A DNA stretch of 6,034 bases from a virus. A program made the position numbers and the translations under genes. Where the stretch lies: positions 1-6,034 of the IMG/VR virus record IMGVR_UViG_3300020041_000019. The stretch is one strand, 5' to 3'. The notes beneath the pieces are model-generated. The model was given only the letters and a program-made list of their open reading frames with translations. It made no database searches and was not told the origin of the DNA. Each line of letters opens with the position of its first letter. The stretch's first letter is position 1. Below are positions 5,160 to 6,034 of the stretch, in pieces.

Positions 5160-5465
5160 TTAGAGCCTATTGTAGAAAGACGCCCAAGCGTCAGAGTGCT
5201 CAACCCAGAAGTCGTTGCCTTCAGGAGTTGAAGTAAACAGAAAAGCAGAGGAGATGAGAGATTCGGGGCCAAGGCTAGGTGTATTATAAACATGTTGGAT
5301 CTGGGCACGCAAGAACTCTCGAAAAGTCTTCTGAGTCAGAGAGGTACGGTAATAGTTCGTCCTAAAGGCAGTAAATATTCCTCGATGGATAAGCCATTCG
5401 ACAAATGCATACTCCATAACATCGAGTAACAGTTTGTCAGTTACAGGTTGTTCTTGATTTCTCAT
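5160..5465 (-). CDS. Hypothetical 101-aa protein (aromatic-rich C-terminal motif AFLFTSTPEGNDFWVEHSDAW)
   Basis: The ORF track starts this ORF at TTG 5522. I prefer the first ATG, at 5465-5463 (MRNQEQPV...), because 5493-5523 matches a promoter and the TTG extension is a low-complexity T-rich translation. TAA at 5162-5160. Confidence 0.6.
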   Translation of the reverse strand: MRNQEQPVTDKLLLDVMEYAFVEWLIHRGIFTAFRTNYYRTSLTQKTFREFLRAQIQHVYNTPSLGPESLISSAFLFTSTPEGNDFWVEHSDAWASFYNRL

Positions 5466-5492
5466 AATATGAAAGTTATTGGTTTGACAATG

Positions 5493-5523
5493 CAAATGTA
5501 ACAAAAGAAAATAAAAGTCCAAA
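5493..5523 (-). promoter_or_regulatory. Bacteroidetes-type promoter candidate (-33 TTTG / -7 TAnnTTTG)
   Basis: The minus strand after the VP2 stop reads TGA TTTTTTTTGGACTTTTATTTTCTTTTGTTACATTTGCATTG. TTTG is at 5523-5520, a 19-nt spacer follows, and TACATTTG is at 5500-5493. This sits about 28 nt upstream of ATG 5465 and inside a 63-nt noncoding gap. Confidence 0.45.
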
Positions 5524-5528
5524 AAAAA

Positions 5529-6034
5529 TCAACGCGAATGACGAGAATTATTGTACGAACTCGAATAACCACTACGATTCATCTCAGTTTTAGCATAACC
5601 AACAACATTACCTCTAGAATCATAACGAGTAGTCATAGAGGAGGCTGTGGAATTGGCGGAAGAACCACCGGCAGAAATAGTGCCAGCAGCACGTGACATT
5701 CCACCTCGTATAATACCTGCGCCAACGAGGCTAGAAGCCGCACCAATTAAAGCTTTAGAAATTTCGACATACGGATCAACCTTTGCATTACGAAGGGCAA
5801 TACGAGCCTGCTCAGGAAGAAAATCAGATGCGTTCGCTTCGTTTACAATAGTTTTGTCATAAAAATCTTTAAGAGACATCGAAACCTTAAAAGACCGGGG
5901 ACCAGGATTACCACGAGTAATAGGATTGGAACTACGGAGATTCCTTTCGTACTGAGGATTCGGAATTTCAACGTCAAAGCGCTTATCCCAATTACGCGAA
6001 AGCTCATAGGCGGAATCAAGATTATTGAGACGAA
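5529..6034 (-). CDS. VP2: VP2, C-terminal part (5914-6034 duplicates 1-121; the non-redundant part is 5529-5913)
   Basis: The frame of the 989->1 ORF (codon first bases congruent to 2 mod 3) maps through offset 5913 onto the frame of the listed ORF 5529..5879. I saw no stop in 5880-5913. Stop is TGA at 5531-5529. Joined length is 989+385 = 1374 nt, or 457 aa. A second glycine-zipper segment (KALIGAASSLVGAGIIRGG) occurs near the C-terminus. Confidence 0.75.
   Translation of the reverse strand, partial: RLNNLDSAYELSRNWDKRFDVEIPNPQYERNLRSSNPITRGNPGPRSFKVSMSLKDFYDKTIVNEANASDFLPEQARIALRNAKVDPYVEISKALIGAASSLVGAGIIRGGMSRAAGTISAGGSSANSTASSMTTRYDSRGNVVGYAKTEMNRSGYSSSYNNSRHSR
5914..6034. repeat. Terminal direct repeat, copy B (assembly overlap of a circular genome)
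   Basis: Exact copy of 1-121 by block-by-block comparison of 5941-6034 with 28-121 and 5914-5940 with 1-27. This implies a unit length of 5,913 nt. Confidence 0.93.

Noticed and set aside
5466-5522. TTG start at 5522 for the 120-aa version of ORF 5160..5522
   Set aside because: The 19-codon extension (MDFYFLLLHLHCQTNNFHI) translates a T-rich promoter-like spacer that begins 6 nt after the VP2 stop. The first ATG, at 5465, gives a more plausible start.
5529-5879. Listed 116-aa ORF as an independent gene
   Set aside because: It is in frame with, and uninterrupted from, the ORF entering from the window end (equal to 989->1 on the circle). It has no upstream gap, promoter or stop. I interpret it as the C-terminus of VP2.

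Overview
The window is a complete, circularly permuted genome of a small ssDNA phage of the family Microviridae. Bases 1-121 recur exactly at 5914-6034, so the unit length is 5,913 nt and the contig closes on itself. All credible genes lie on the minus strand, which would therefore be the viral strand. Coding density is about 96%. Read 5'->3' on the minus strand, the order is: 66-aa ORF, replication initiator VP4 (HUH endonuclease, GTG start), major capsid protein VP1, acidic 98-aa ORF, an unlisted 35-aa Arg-rich ORF, a 63-aa lipobox ORF, DNA-pilot/minor capsid protein VP2, a 63-nt gap with a Bacteroidetes-type promoter, a 101-aa ORF, an acidic 107-aa ORF, and a 114-nt hairpin-rich intergenic region. 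VP2 runs across the contig junction (989->1 joined to 5913->5529, 457 aa), so the ORF track missed most of it. None of the nine start codons has a Shine-Dalgarno sequence. Together with a TTTG-N19-TAnnTTTG promoter match, the ~5.9 kb genome and the ~600-aa VP1, this points to a Bacteroidetes-infecting, Alpavirinae-like microvirus rather than a phiX-like or classic gokushovirus; no database search was possible. I found no RNA genes, CRISPR array, transposon or integrase. The items most worth follow-up are the small lipoprotein, the hidden J/VP8-like basic ORF, the separately promoted two-gene accessory module of unknown function, and the single true noncoding region with stacked hairpins.
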